NCBI GenBank assembly: GCA_050246815.1
Contig: JBFWVI010000003.1
Location: forward strand, 32,001 to 96,000
DNA from: Bdellovibrionales bacterium
GTDB taxonomy: Bacteria > Bdellovibrionota > Bdellovibrionia > Bdellovibrionales > UBA1609
Length of the DNA: 64,000 nt
Direction: 5' to 3'
Made by a program: the position numbers and the translations under genes. How positions within the stretch are numbered: position 1 is the first letter of the stretch; every line of letters begins with the position of its first letter. The notes under the pieces are model-generated. The model had not been told where the DNA came from. It saw nothing but the letters and a program-made list of their open reading frames with translations, and made no database searches. This document shows positions 23,867-34,204 of the stretch, piece after piece.

Positions 23867-24850
23867 TCAATCTCCCTTTGTTTCGATGCGGATCTTGCTG
23901 ATGAGCTCTTGATCCTTGAGCACGCGGGCTTTGCGAAGCTCGCCCTCCAACCAAGCGGTAAACACCGCCTGGCCACGGTTGGCCAGTAAAATATTTTTGA
24001 TGCGTCCCTTTACTTGCTCAAAGGGCACTGTCTGGGCAGGTCGTTTCCCGATGACCTCAAAAATGTGATAGCCGTAGGGCGATTTAAAGATTGGGCTGCG
24101 CTGTCCGGGCCGCATGCTGAAGGCGGTGTCAAAACCGTCTAAGACACCCTTTTCAATCCAGCCGACTACGCCCTTTGCGCGTTTTCCCTCAGGAGTAATG
24201 GAGTGATTTTCTGCAAGATCGGCCAAGGCTTTACCCTTTTTAAGCTGTTCTTCAATCAGTTTGGCGTCGGCCTCTTTGGCCAGAACAATTTGGCGAAGCT
24301 GCACTTGCTCGGGGCGTTCGAAGGTTTCTTTGTTATTTTGATAGTAATTTTTAAGTTCTTCTTCGCTTGGGGGCGAAACCTTTTGATTCAAACGTTCGGC
24401 GACTAATTTTTGTAACAGCGTTCGGCGCAAAGATTCTTTCCAATCTTTAAAGGTAAGCCCCTGTTCAGCCAAAACCTTTTCAAAAGCATTGTCGTCTGGA
24501 TAACTCGAACGAATGCGCGAGATTTCTTTTTCCAAATCTTCCGCGCGGACGAAGATATCATTACCCTTTGCCCAGTTTTCGCTCAAAACCGAGATGATGA
24601 AATCGCGGATCAAATCATCTTTGGTGCGCTGAAGAACTCCAGGATCTTTGGCCGTCAGGGCGTCGAGATGTCGTAATTTCAAAGCCAATTGATCGGCAAA
24701 CACCGAGGCCGTCAGCTCACGACCGTCCACGTTCAATACAGCGCGATTGGCAAGGGGGTCCTTTTTGGTGCAGGCGGCAAGGCCTAAAACGACACAGGCT
24801 GCACTAAGCAGCCTGCCAAGGTCGTTTCGACTGAAAGTCCCAAGAATCAT
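23867..24850 (-). CDS. Parvulin-type peptidylprolyl isomerase, lipoprotein
   Basis: Lipobox LAAC; LRQIV, SPYGYHIF rotamase motif. Confidence 0.85.
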   Translation of the reverse strand: MILGTFSRNDLGRLLSAACVVLGLAACTKKDPLANRAVLNVDGRELTASVFADQLALKLRHLDALTAKDPGVLQRTKDDLIRDFIISVLSENWAKGNDIFVRAEDLEKEISRIRSSYPDDNAFEKVLAEQGLTFKDWKESLRRTLLQKLVAERLNQKVSPPSEEELKNYYQNNKETFERPEQVQLRQIVLAKEADAKLIEEQLKKGKALADLAENHSITPEGKRAKGVVGWIEKGVLDGFDTAFSMRPGQRSPIFKSPYGYHIFEVIGKRPAQTVPFEQVKGRIKNILLANRGQAVFTAWLEGELRKARVLKDQELISKIRIETKGD

Positions 24851-25683
24851 TCGGACTTAATTCCTTTTAGTGCGTCTTTGTTGACGCTGATTTTATATTT
24901 GCCTTTCAAATTCTTAAAATATGCATCAAATAGCTCTTTTCGCTTTTGGTCGAACACAGCCGTGCGGATGGGGCGCTTGTCCGTCACTTCGTCATATGAG
25001 CGTCGCCCTGTCAGCTTGACGATGTGGTACCCATAGCGTGTTTCAACCAGGCCCTTGATTTCGCCGACCTTCATGGAGGCTGCGGCATCATAATAGCTCG
25101 GCACTAAGGTGATGCGATTTTGGTAATCGATATCACCGCCACGGTCTTTGCTGATCACATCGTCGGTGTAAAGTTTGGCCAATTCAGCAAAATCGCGTTT
25201 ACTGCTGCGCACTTCTTTCAAGATTTTTTCAGCACGGTCACGAACGGTCGCTTTGTCTTGGGCCGAAGCGTTTTGGCGGAACTCGAACAAAATATGTGAG
25301 GTACGGAGTTCAGGGTTTTTTTCGTAGTACTTCTTCATTTCCGCTTCGTTCACACGAATGGCGTTGACCTTCTCGCCCAAAGCCTTCTCAACCAACGCTT
25401 TGTACAGTTCTTGACGAAAGCGCTCTTTCACCAAGGGGTCTTCTTGCATTTTTTGCTTTTCAGCTTCTTGCACACCCACCTCATAACGGACCAAGTCTTC
25501 TAAAAACAACTCAGCTGGCGGCGGGTTAATTGCGTTTTTCTTAACTTCTTCGTAACGCTTTTTGAATTCATCCAAAGAGATGGTTTTATTGCCAACAGTG
25601 GCGACGGTTTGAGCCGTGGCAAGGGCGCTGTTGAACAGGCTAAAAACCAATCCTGAGACCACAAACAAGTGCTTGAAATTCAT
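24847..25683 (-). CDS. Parvulin-type peptidylprolyl isomerase, secreted
   Basis: Signal peptide; TSHIL, FAELAK, GGDI, TRYGYHIVKL. Confidence 0.88.
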   Translation of the reverse strand: MNFKHLFVVSGLVFSLFNSALATAQTVATVGNKTISLDEFKKRYEEVKKNAINPPPAELFLEDLVRYEVGVQEAEKQKMQEDPLVKERFRQELYKALVEKALGEKVNAIRVNEAEMKKYYEKNPELRTSHILFEFRQNASAQDKATVRDRAEKILKEVRSSKRDFAELAKLYTDDVISKDRGGDIDYQNRITLVPSYYDAAASMKVGEIKGLVETRYGYHIVKLTGRRSYDEVTDKRPIRTAVFDQKRKELFDAYFKNLKGKYKISVNKDALKGIKSE

Positions 25684-25743
25684 ATGCAAAACCTCTTCGC
25701 TGCGGAATGTCTACAATGCCCCTAAAGGCTACCGCTGCCCGAA

Positions 25744-26388
25744 TCAGTCTGCAATGAGTTTGGCGGCCTGATGATGGGCGTCAGAAAGGGCCCGTTCAAG
25801 GCGCTGGGCAAGGACTTGAGCCCGAATATCATCCTCAGCGGTTAGAGCCGGCCAGGGAGTGCCAAACGTGACCACCACACGGGCAAAGGGTTTAGGTAGT
25901 TTTGCTTTGTTCCAAGATTTTTGAAAAATAAAAGCTGAAGAGGATGCCACGCCCACGGGCACCACACGCGCCTTTGCCAAACGCGAAAGTTCAAACACAC
26001 CGGGCTTAACCTTGTGTAATGGTCCTTTGGGACCATCCACAGCCATTGAGGCGTTAAAATTTTGTCGGAGCAAACGAATGAGTCCCTTTAACGCAGAGAC
26101 GCCGCCACGGGTGGAAGATCCTCGTGAAGTCGCCCCACCCAGGCGTTGAATCACATGGTCAATCAAGCTGCCATCCGAAGAGGTGGAGGTCATTGTGGCG
26201 ATACGGTAGGTCGGCACCAGGTGGGTGATGGCAAGTTCATCGCCGTGCCAGTGCGCAAAAATAAGTGGCCCCTCGGCGTTTCGCATGCCCGCGGGCTCCA
26301 CCAGCCGAACTCGCCAGCTGGCCGTCCAAAGACGGTAAAACCAGTAGACCAATCCGGGCAAAACACGCCGCTTTAAAAAGGCTTTCAT
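25744..26388 (-). CDS. DUF374 / lysophospholipid acyltransferase family protein
   Basis: WHG, S.S.DG, RGSSTRGG, DGPKGP, LPKPF. Confidence 0.85.
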   Translation of the reverse strand: MKAFLKRRVLPGLVYWFYRLWTASWRVRLVEPAGMRNAEGPLIFAHWHGDELAITHLVPTYRIATMTSTSSDGSLIDHVIQRLGGATSRGSSTRGGVSALKGLIRLLRQNFNASMAVDGPKGPLHKVKPGVFELSRLAKARVVPVGVASSSAFIFQKSWNKAKLPKPFARVVVTFGTPWPALTAEDDIRAQVLAQRLERALSDAHHQAAKLIAD

Positions 26389-27353
26389 CACTTCAAGGCG
26401 CTGCGAAACGCTTCCGTTAACTTGGGCACCACTTCAAACAGATCACCTGCAATGCCATAAGTAGACTTCTGGAAGATCGGGGCGTCGGGATCTTTGTTGA
26501 TGGCAACAATGACTTTGCTGCCACTCATGCCCGCCAAGTGTTGAATGGCGCCAGAGATACCGCAGGCGATATAAAGCGAGGGGGCAACGGTTTTTCCGGT
26601 TTGTCCAACTTGCATCGAGTGCGGCACCCAACCCGCATCGGCCACTGCGCGTGATGCACCCACCGTGCCGTGTATGGTGGCGGCAAGATCTTCAAGAAGT
26701 TTGAAATGCTCGGGGCCTTTCATGCCACGCCCACCGGACACAATGGTGTTTGCTTCAGTCAGGTCGATTTTTCCGGCAGCGCCCTTTGCCACGCTTTGAA
26801 CAGTGGTTTTCACGTCACTGGGCGGAAGTGTGAAATCTTTGACAGAAGCAGCGGCCGCTGTGTTTGCGGCGCTGACCGGCAGTTGATTGGGGCGCATCAA
26901 AACAATTTTGACCGGCGAGTTGTGAAATTCAACTTCCGCCGTGCACTTGCCAGCAAACAGGGGGCGGCGGGCTTTAACACCTGAACCATTGAGTTCAAGA
27001 GTGACGCAATCGCTGGCAACGCCAGTGTCAAGGCGGGCGCCCACACGCGGAAATAGGTCTCGCGCTAACATAGACGAAGACGCCAGCACCACGTCTGCCC
27101 CACTGTCTTTGATCGCGGCGCTGGCCGCGGCGGTGTAAAGTTCGGGGTTGTAGTTGGCCAATTTGTCATCGCCACACACCCAAAGGGTTTGTGCACCAAA
27201 ATGACTCACACTTGCGGCCTTGGACTTGCCATCCGGGCCTAAAATAAGAGCGTGTACCTCTCGGCCCGAGGCCTTTGCGGCGGTCAACAGTTCAATGCTA
27301 CCCTTTTTCAAACCACCGTCACCGAATTCGCAGAAAACCAGAACTTTTGCCAT
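26388..27353 (-). CDS. etfA: Electron transfer flavoprotein subunit alpha
   Basis: SGGRG, GASRA, QVGQTGK, GISGAIQH, INKD. Confidence 0.96.
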   Translation of the reverse strand: MAKVLVFCEFGDGGLKKGSIELLTAAKASGREVHALILGPDGKSKAASVSHFGAQTLWVCGDDKLANYNPELYTAAASAAIKDSGADVVLASSSMLARDLFPRVGARLDTGVASDCVTLELNGSGVKARRPLFAGKCTAEVEFHNSPVKIVLMRPNQLPVSAANTAAAASVKDFTLPPSDVKTTVQSVAKGAAGKIDLTEANTIVSGGRGMKGPEHFKLLEDLAATIHGTVGASRAVADAGWVPHSMQVGQTGKTVAPSLYIACGISGAIQHLAGMSGSKVIVAINKDPDAPIFQKSTYGIAGDLFEVVPKLTEAFRSALK

Positions 27354-27369
27354 TTTAAGAGCTCCTCAA

Positions 27370-28149
27370 TTACAAAACTTTAGCTTCGTGGAGTAACAGG
27401 TTGACCAACTCTTTGGCCTGAGCCGCGGGATCGCCACTGATCATCTTAACCGGCGGTTTTTCAGGGGGCAGCTGAAAGTTCACATGTTTTACTTTCAAGG
27501 ATGTGGCAGCGACGCCCAAATCCGCAGGCGCAAGTTCTTTGATTGGCTTTTTCTTCGCCTTCATAATGCCAGGAAGGCTGGCATAGCGAGGGGTATTCAG
27601 CCCTTTGTTGGCCGCAATCAGGGCGGGCCCTGCAAGTTTTAAGATTTCGCGAGTGCCACCCTCGACTTCGCGTTCGGCGATCAAGGAACCCTCTTGAACC
27701 TCTAGCTTTCCGACCACGGTGGTGTGTGGCAGGCCCAAAAACTCGGCCACAAACTGACTGACGCTAGAAGCATTGTCGTCAATGGCCAGCTTGCCGGTCA
27801 AAACCAGGTCGCAGGCGCCTTCTTTTTTGATCGCCGCAGCCATCAACTTGGCGGCGGTGAAGCCATCCACATCATAGGGCGAATCAATGGCCAGTCCGTC
27901 ATCAGCGCCCATCGCCAGTGCAGTTCGAATGGCATCGCTGACTCGGGTCTTGGGTCCGACCGAAACAACAGTCACCTGTGGGGTACCACCGCGGGCCTCT
28001 TTAATTTTAATGGCCTCTTCGACCGCATACTCGTCATAGGGATTCATGATCCATTTGATGCCGGTCTCATCGATGCCTGAGCTGTCGCTCTTGAGTTTGA
28101 TTTTAGTTTCGGTGTCGGGCACCTGCTTGATGCAGACGAAAATACGCAT
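27370..28149 (-). CDS. etfB: Electron transfer flavoprotein subunit beta
   Basis: VCIKQVPD, NPYDEYAVEEA, AMGAD, PRYASL. Confidence 0.96.
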   Translation of the reverse strand: MRIFVCIKQVPDTETKIKLKSDSSGIDETGIKWIMNPYDEYAVEEAIKIKEARGGTPQVTVVSVGPKTRVSDAIRTALAMGADDGLAIDSPYDVDGFTAAKLMAAAIKKEGACDLVLTGKLAIDDNASSVSQFVAEFLGLPHTTVVGKLEVQEGSLIAEREVEGGTREILKLAGPALIAANKGLNTPRYASLPGIMKAKKKPIKELAPADLGVAATSLKVKHVNFQLPPEKPPVKMISGDPAAQAKELVNLLLHEAKVL

Positions 28150-28330
28150 GGCTTAAGCTCCTGTAGAGGAGATCTATATAAATGGCGCAAATCATGAAAG
28201 GCAAAATAATTGACCCCTTACGATCCGCGTTAAGAGACCCAGAGGGGAGACTTTTTTTGTGTTCCTGGACCGCGATCTAAAGCTATTGTAGGGATTGTTG
28301 AAAATCAGCTGATCTTGAAGGACTCCCGCT

Positions 28331-29005
28331 ATGACTCAGAAATCGGGTTTTTTGCAATCCACTATCGGGCGCAAACAATTGGTTGCCCTGACGGGTTTGG
28401 GCATCAGTTTGTTCGTCTTGGGCCACATGGCCGGCAACCTGCTAATGTTTGTCTCGCCCCAGGCCTATAACGAATATGGGCACGCAATTATTAGCAATAA
28501 ACTTATTTATGCGATTGAGTTGGGCCTGGCTGCCGCCTTTTTGGGGCATGCCTTTGTTGCACTTCGCCTGCAGTTTTTAAATCGGGGCGCGCGCCCACAA
28601 CGATATGCGATGACGCCCAACGGGGAAAAAAAACCGGCGGCGGCCAGCCAAACCATGGCCATTCAGGGCACGATACTTTTGGTTTTTATTATTTTGCACT
28701 TACGTACGTTCAAATATGGGCCTTACTACGAGGTCGACTATGGCCAAGGTCCTATCCGCGATTTGTTTCGCCTGATGGCCGAGGTTTTTCAGGGACCGGG
28801 TTACGTGGCCTGGTATGTGGTGGCCATGATCGTTTTGGGCCTGCATTTGAGCCACGGTATTCGTTCTTTGCTCCAAACCGTGGGTGTGCACCACCCGCAA
28901 CATCAGGGCAAAATTAAATGTTTGGCCTATGGTTATGCCTTACTGGTCTCTATAGGCTTTATCTCGCAACCGATTTTCATGCTCTTCTTTTACAAGGGCA
29001 GTTGA
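28331..29005 (+). CDS. sdhC: Succinate dehydrogenase/fumarate reductase cytochrome b subunit (single 5-TM anchor)
   Basis: STIGRK..ALTG, GHMAGNL, HLSHG heme-ligand His pattern. Confidence 0.9.
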   Translation: MTQKSGFLQSTIGRKQLVALTGLGISLFVLGHMAGNLLMFVSPQAYNEYGHAIISNKLIYAIELGLAAAFLGHAFVALRLQFLNRGARPQRYAMTPNGEKKPAAASQTMAIQGTILLVFIILHLRTFKYGPYYEVDYGQGPIRDLFRLMAEVFQGPGYVAWYVVAMIVLGLHLSHGIRSLLQTVGVHHPQHQGKIKCLAYGYALLVSIGFISQPIFMLFFYKGS

Positions 29006-29014
29006 GGCACGCGT

Positions 29015-30934
29015 ATGAAATTGGAATCCAACGTACCCGGCGGCGCGATTCAGGAAAAGTGGGACAAACATCGCTTTGAAATGAAGCTGGTCAATCCGGC
29101 TAACAAACGTAAATTCACGGTGATTGTGGTGGGCACGGGACTTGCGGGGGCGTCGGCATCGGCGACCCTGGCCGAGCTTGGCTACAAGGTGAAAACCTTC
29201 TGCATTCACGATTCTCCCCGTCGTGCACATTCGATCGCCGCGCAAGGGGGCATCAATGCAGCGAAAAACTATCCCAACGACGGCGATTCGATTTGGCGTT
29301 TGTTTTACGACACCGTGAAAGGTGGCGACTTCCGCGCTCGTGAAGCCAACGTGTATCGTTTGGCGCAAATTTCGAACCACATCATTGATCACTGCGTGGC
29401 TGTGGGCGTGCCATTTGCTCGCGAATACGGCGGGTTGCTGGACAATCGCTCGTTTGGCGGGGCGCAGGTTTCACGCACCTTTTATGCCCGCGGGCAAACC
29501 GGGCAACAGCTGCTGCTTGGTGCGTACCAGGTGATGATGCGACAAGTGGGCAAGGGCAATGTTTCCCTTTACTCACGTCGCGAAATGCTGGATTTGGTCA
29601 CGGTGGACGGAAAAGCCCGCGGCATCACTGTACGCAATTTGGTCACAGGTGAAGTCGAATCGCATGCGGCTGACGCGGTGTTGTTGGCCACAGGTGGTTA
29701 CGGCAACGTTTATTTTCTATCGACCAATGCGAAGAACTCCAATGTGACAGCCGCCTGGCGCTGCCATAAAAAAGGTGCGGCCTTTGGCAACCCGTGCTTC
29801 ACACAAATTCACCCGACCTGCATTCCCCGCTCGGGGGATTATCAGTCCAAGCTGACCCTGATGTCGGAATCACTTCGAAACGACGGCCGGGTCTGGGTGC
29901 CCAAACAAAAAGACGACAAACGTCATCCCAAAGACATCCCCGACACGGATCGCGATTATTATTTGGAACGGATCTACCCCAGCTTCGGCAATTTGGCGCC
30001 ACGGGATATTTCTTCACGCCAGGCTAAATTTCGTGTCGATGAAGGGCGCGGTGTTGGGCGCACGGGTGAGGCGGTGTATCTGGATTTCCGTGATGCCATC
30101 AACCGTTTGGGCGCCCCTGCGGTTTCAGAAAAATATGGCAACTTGTTTCAAATGTACGAAAAAATCACCGGTGAAAATCCATACGAGCAGCCGATGCGAA
30201 TTTACCCAGCGGTTCATTACACTATGGGCGGGCTATGGGTGGACTACAACCTGATGAGCACGGTTCCCGGGCTTCATGTTTTAGGGGAAGCCAACTTTTC
30301 AGATCACGGCGCAAATCGCTTGGGTGCCAGCGCGCTTATGCAGGGGCTGGCGGACGGTTATTTTGTGATCCCCTATACGCTTGGAAATTATTTAGCGGCG
30401 AACACCCTGGGCAAAGTCGACACCAGTCACCCGGCCTTTGCAGAAAGCCGCAATACGGTTACTGAACGCCTGAACAAGTTTTTCAGTATCAAGGGCAAAC
30501 AAACGGTGGATGAAATCCACCGTCGTTTGGGACAAACCATGTGGGGCCATGTGGGCATGTCAAGAAACGCGGCAGGCTTGAAAAAAGCGGTTGAAGAAAT
30601 TCGTTCGCTACGCGCGGAATTTTGGAATGATGTGCGTTTGTCGGGCCAAGCCAATTTCAAGAATGAAGAGCTAGAAAAAGCGGGGCGCTTGGCGGACTTT
30701 TTGGAGCTTGGTGAGCTGATGGCCACCGATGCACTGACCCGCGAAGAGTCTTGCGGTGGCCACTTCCGCGAAGAGCACCAAACACCAGACAACGAGGCGC
30801 TTCGTCACGACGACAAGTTCTGTCATGTGTCCGCCTGGGAATACAGCGGCAGTGGGACGCAGCCGCAATGGACCATGCACAAGGAAGATCTGACATTTGA
30901 AAACGTGAAACTGAGCCAGCGCAGTTACAAATAA
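29015..30934 (+). CDS. sdhA: Succinate dehydrogenase/fumarate reductase flavoprotein
   Basis: [18 protein letters not shown] (covalent FAD His), [21 protein letters not shown]. Confidence 0.95.
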   Translation: MKLESNVPGGAIQEKWDKHRFEMKLVNPANKRKFTVIVVGTGLAGASASATLAELGYKVKTFCIHDSPRRAHSIAAQGGINAAKNYPNDGDSIWRLFYDTVKGGDFRAREANVYRLAQISNHIIDHCVAVGVPFAREYGGLLDNRSFGGAQVSRTFYARGQTGQQLLLGAYQVMMRQVGKGNVSLYSRREMLDLVTVDGKARGITVRNLVTGEVESHAADAVLLATGGYGNVYFLSTNAKNSNVTAAWRCHKKGAAFGNPCFTQIHPTCIPRSGDYQSKLTLMSESLRNDGRVWVPKQKDDKRHPKDIPDTDRDYYLERIYPSFGNLAPRDISSRQAKFRVDEGRGVGRTGEAVYLDFRDAINRLGAPAVSEKYGNLFQMYEKITGENPYEQPMRIYPAVHYTMGGLWVDYNLMSTVPGLHVLGEANFSDHGANRLGASALMQGLADGYFVIPYTLGNYLAANTLGKVDTSHPAFAESRNTVTERLNKFFSIKGKQTVDEIHRRLGQTMWGHVGMSRNAAGLKKAVEEIRSLRAEFWNDVRLSGQANFKNEELEKAGRLADFLELGELMATDALTREESCGGHFREEHQTPDNEALRHDDKFCHVSAWEYSGSGTQPQWTMHKEDLTFENVKLSQRSYK

Positions 30935-30943
30935 GGAAGCACT

Positions 30944-31732
30944 ATGAGTGATGCTCATTTGAATTTAAAGCTGAAGATCTGGAAGCAAAATGGCCCCCAA
31001 GACCAGGGTCGATTTTTGGAGTATGAAGCAAGCGGAATTTCACCCCATATGTCGTTCTTGGAAATGATGGACGTGGTGAATGCCGATCTGATCCATAAAG
31101 GGCAAGATCCTGTGGAATTTGATCACGATTGTCGCGAAGGCATATGCGGTTCATGCTCGATGGTGATCAACGGCAATCCACATGGGCCTGACCGTGCCAC
31201 CACCACCTGCCAGCTGCATATGCGCCGCTTTAAAAATGGCGACACGATTGTGATCGAACCGTTTCGCGCCAAAGCTTTTCCGGTGATTAAGGATTTGGTC
31301 GTGGATCGCTCGGCTTTTGACCGCATCATCCAAGTGGGCGGTTTTATTTCGGCCAACACCGGCAACGCCCAAGATGCCAACGCATTGCCGATCTCGAAGG
31401 AAAATGCCGACATGGCTTTTGCCGCCGCCACGTGTATTGGCTGTGGCGCCTGTGTGGCCTCCTGCAAAAATGCTTCGGCCAGTTTATTTGTGGCGGCGAA
31501 AATTTCGCATCTTGGCTTGTTGCCGCAAGGTCAGCCCGAACGTGACCGCCGCGCCTTGGCCATGGTGGCACAAATGGACGCCGAGGGTTTTGGCGCCTGT
31601 ACCAATACGAATGCCTGTTCAGCGGCCTGCCCGAAAGAAATTAGCCTTGAAACAATCGCCCGTATGAACCGGGATTATGTCGGGGCCTCATTCACTAAGC
31701 GCCCCGAAACAAGCGGCGGCGGAGCAGGCTAG
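30944..31732 (+). CDS. sdhB: Succinate dehydrogenase/fumarate reductase iron-sulfur subunit
   Basis: [32 protein letters not shown]. Confidence 0.95.
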   Translation: MSDAHLNLKLKIWKQNGPQDQGRFLEYEASGISPHMSFLEMMDVVNADLIHKGQDPVEFDHDCREGICGSCSMVINGNPHGPDRATTTCQLHMRRFKNGDTIVIEPFRAKAFPVIKDLVVDRSAFDRIIQVGGFISANTGNAQDANALPISKENADMAFAAATCIGCGACVASCKNASASLFVAAKISHLGLLPQGQPERDRRALAMVAQMDAEGFGACTNTNACSAACPKEISLETIARMNRDYVGASFTKRPETSGGGAG

Positions 31733-31773
31733 ATCTAGGGCCAGGTCCAGTTTCAACCCCAATAGCTAGAGAG

Positions 31774-31804
31774 TTATGCACCCTCACCCACAGACTTATC
31801 CACA
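31774..31804 (+). promoter_or_regulatory. Extra-origin DnaA-box cluster
   Basis: TTATGCACC 31774-31782, TCACCCACA 31784-31792, perfect TTATCCACA 31796-31804, co-oriented. Confidence 0.6.
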
Positions 31805-31971
31805 ATTTGCTGGATTTAGGGGCATTTTACTGGTCCTTGGTCTAGACATTTTGCAGCAATTTAACCAAGAAATGTCGCAGCAAGAGTCTAGCTCGTAGGA
31901 CATCGCGAACGCATCTAAGATCCACTTCACTGATCACAGCCAAAGGCCGAAATAATAAAACGAGGTGCACC

Positions 31972-32214
31972 ATGCGGCGCATTGGCGATCTTATGACTGA
32001 TTTAGGTTTCAACAAGGATTCAGACGAAGACACTCAAAAAGCATTTATTCGCCACTTGGTTAGGGCGGCCAATGTTTCTCAGTTTCAAAGAAAAACCAAC
32101 AAGAACTCAAACGAACCGACACAACTGAGTTTCGATTTTGAAAAAGCAGAAGGCGCGTCGCCAGAAGACCACCTGCCTCCCACGACCAAAGTCGGGAACA
32201 AGCAAGTCGGCTGA
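31972..32214 (+). CDS. Small hypothetical protein with beta-clamp-binding-like motif QLSFDF
   Basis: GAGG RBS at 31962-31965, ATG, 80 aa filling the sdhB-subtilase gap. Confidence 0.75.
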   Translation: MRRIGDLMTDLGFNKDSDEDTQKAFIRHLVRAANVSQFQRKTNKNSNEPTQLSFDFEKAEGASPEDHLPPTTKVGNKQVG

Positions 32215-32382
32215 CACCTGTAAACAAAAAATAAAGATTTATTGTTTTTTTGTTAGCAAATAAAAATCCCCTTGGTACCATTTTGGAACTGAAACGGGTG
32301 ACTGGCCGAAGGACTCGGCGCGAAACCACGGATGGGAAGAGTTCGCCCGCAACATACTCAATGGATGGGTATAGGGGGATAA

Positions 32383-34032
32383 ATGATTCACGGAAGAATT
32401 ATGAAGGCCATATCTTTGGGCCTTCTTTTGGTCGCCTCTGCGGCTGAAGCAAAAAAGTTTGACGCTGTTCCCGGCGAATACGTCGTCAAATTGAAAAACG
32501 GTTTCGCCGCAATGTCTGTCAACACGCTGGAACAATCACTTGGGGCTGAAGTAGTTGAGCACCTGTCGGTTGAATCGCAAGCGGTTTTGGTTCGAAAGAG
32601 CCAAATCGAAAAAAGCGAATTCGCCATTCAGTCGCTCAAACAAAACCCCATGGTTGAATACGCCGAGCCGAACTTTATATATAAAGTCATCGGAGGCTCA
32701 ACCAGTCTGCCCAACGATCAATCCCTGGAAAGACTTTGGGGCATGATCAACACGGGGCAAACAAGCACCGGCGACATGGGTAACATCGTCGGTCGCGCAG
32801 GCATTGACATCGATGCCAAGCGTGCCTGGCAAATCGAAACGGGCAGCAATAATGTTTTGGTCGCGAGCATTGACACTGGTGTCGACTACACTATTCCGGA
32901 TTTGGCTCCGAATATGTGGGTGAACGCCGCAGAGAAAAACGGTCAAGCCGGTGTTGACGACGACAATAATGGCGTTGTGGATGATGTCTACGGCTACAAT
33001 GCGATCACGGACAGTGGCGATCCCAAAGACGACCATGGTCATGGTTCGCACACTTCGGGCACGATTGGCGCTAAAGGCAACAATGGTCTGGGCGTGACAG
33101 GTGTGGCTTGGAATGTGTCGTTGATGGGCGTGAAGTTCTTGTCTGCCAGCGGCGGCGGCACTTTGGCCGATGCAGTAAAAGCCGTGGACTACACCACCAA
33201 GATGAAGGTGGATATGACCAATAACTCGTGGGGTGGTGGCGGATACAGCGAAGCGCTGTATGACGCGATCAAGCGGGCTCGCGACGCGGGTATCTTGTTT
33301 GTTGCAGCGGCAGGTAACAGCGGTTCGAACAACGACCTCGATCCCGAGTATCCCGCAAGCTACGACCTAGACAACATCATCTCGGTCGCGGCTTTGGACA
33401 ACGCGGGTTCGATGGCGTACTTCAGCTGCTACGGCCGCACGGCTGTGGATGTCGCGGCTCCTGGAGTGAATGTGTTGAGCACCACTCCCGGTGGTTTTGA
33501 CAGTTGGTCGGGAACCTCGATGGCCTCACCGCACGTGGCGGGTGTAGCGGCCTTGTTGAAATCGGCGAACCCCGAAATGGGCTATGCTGAAATCAAAGAG
33601 CGCATCATCAAGACGGCAAGCCCCTTGGGTTCGATGCGCAACAAAGTTGTGGCTGGCGGCATGGTCAACGCCTATCACGCGTTGATGAACACAGTTCCAG
33701 CAGGTGACCCGAACGATCCCTTTAACTGGGATAAAAACGCGGTGAAAGTGTCGACTCCACATCCGTACACCGACAAATACAAAGGCGAGTGGACGGTGAG
33801 TTCGCCCGGAGCAACGAAGATCGCTCTTTACTTCAGCCGTTTCGATACCGAAATGGGCTATGACAAAGTGACGATCAAAGATAAAACTGGCAAAGTGGTG
33901 GCTGTTTTAAGCGGAGTTCGTGACGATAGCTTCTCACCCGTCATCGACGGAGACACGGCCTACATCACATTTGAGGCCGATGATTCGGCAACCCGTTATG
34001 GTTTCGACATCGAGGGCGTAGCTTACAAGTAA
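32383..34032 (+). CDS. Secreted S8 subtilisin-family serine protease with C-terminal CUB-like domain
   Basis: Signal peptide, prodomain (YAEPN), IDTG, HGSH, AAGN, GTSMASPH; C-terminal FDTEMGYDKV..F..D. Confidence 0.93.
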   Translation: MIHGRIMKAISLGLLLVASAAEAKKFDAVPGEYVVKLKNGFAAMSVNTLEQSLGAEVVEHLSVESQAVLVRKSQIEKSEFAIQSLKQNPMVEYAEPNFIYKVIGGSTSLPNDQSLERLWGMINTGQTSTGDMGNIVGRAGIDIDAKRAWQIETGSNNVLVASIDTGVDYTIPDLAPNMWVNAAEKNGQAGVDDDNNGVVDDVYGYNAITDSGDPKDDHGHGSHTSGTIGAKGNNGLGVTGVAWNVSLMGVKFLSASGGGTLADAVKAVDYTTKMKVDMTNNSWGGGGYSEALYDAIKRARDAGILFVAAAGNSGSNNDLDPEYPASYDLDNIISVAALDNAGSMAYFSCYGRTAVDVAAPGVNVLSTTPGGFDSWSGTSMASPHVAGVAALLKSANPEMGYAEIKERIIKTASPLGSMRNKVVAGGMVNAYHALMNTVPAGDPNDPFNWDKNAVKVSTPHPYTDKYKGEWTVSSPGATKIALYFSRFDTEMGYDKVTIKDKTGKVVAVLSGVRDDSFSPVIDGDTAYITFEADDSATRYGFDIEGVAYK

Positions 34033-34050
34033 GTCGTCCTTTAAAATAAG

Positions 34051-34095
34051 AAGCAAAACCCCGCAAAGCGATTGTTTGCGGGGTTCTTGTTTTTT
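34051..34095 (+). terminator. Intrinsic terminator after subtilase
   Basis: AACCCCGCAAA/TTTGCGGGGTT stem followed by T-rich tract. Confidence 0.8.
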
Positions 34096-34204
34096 GAGGG
34101 CCCTTAAATTTAATTAAAATCGCAAATGGGCACGGTCGGAATGCTCCAACACGTTGGGAACCCACCGTGTCCTCAGGCTTCGCTGGGGTGCGCGGCCCCG
34201 GTTG

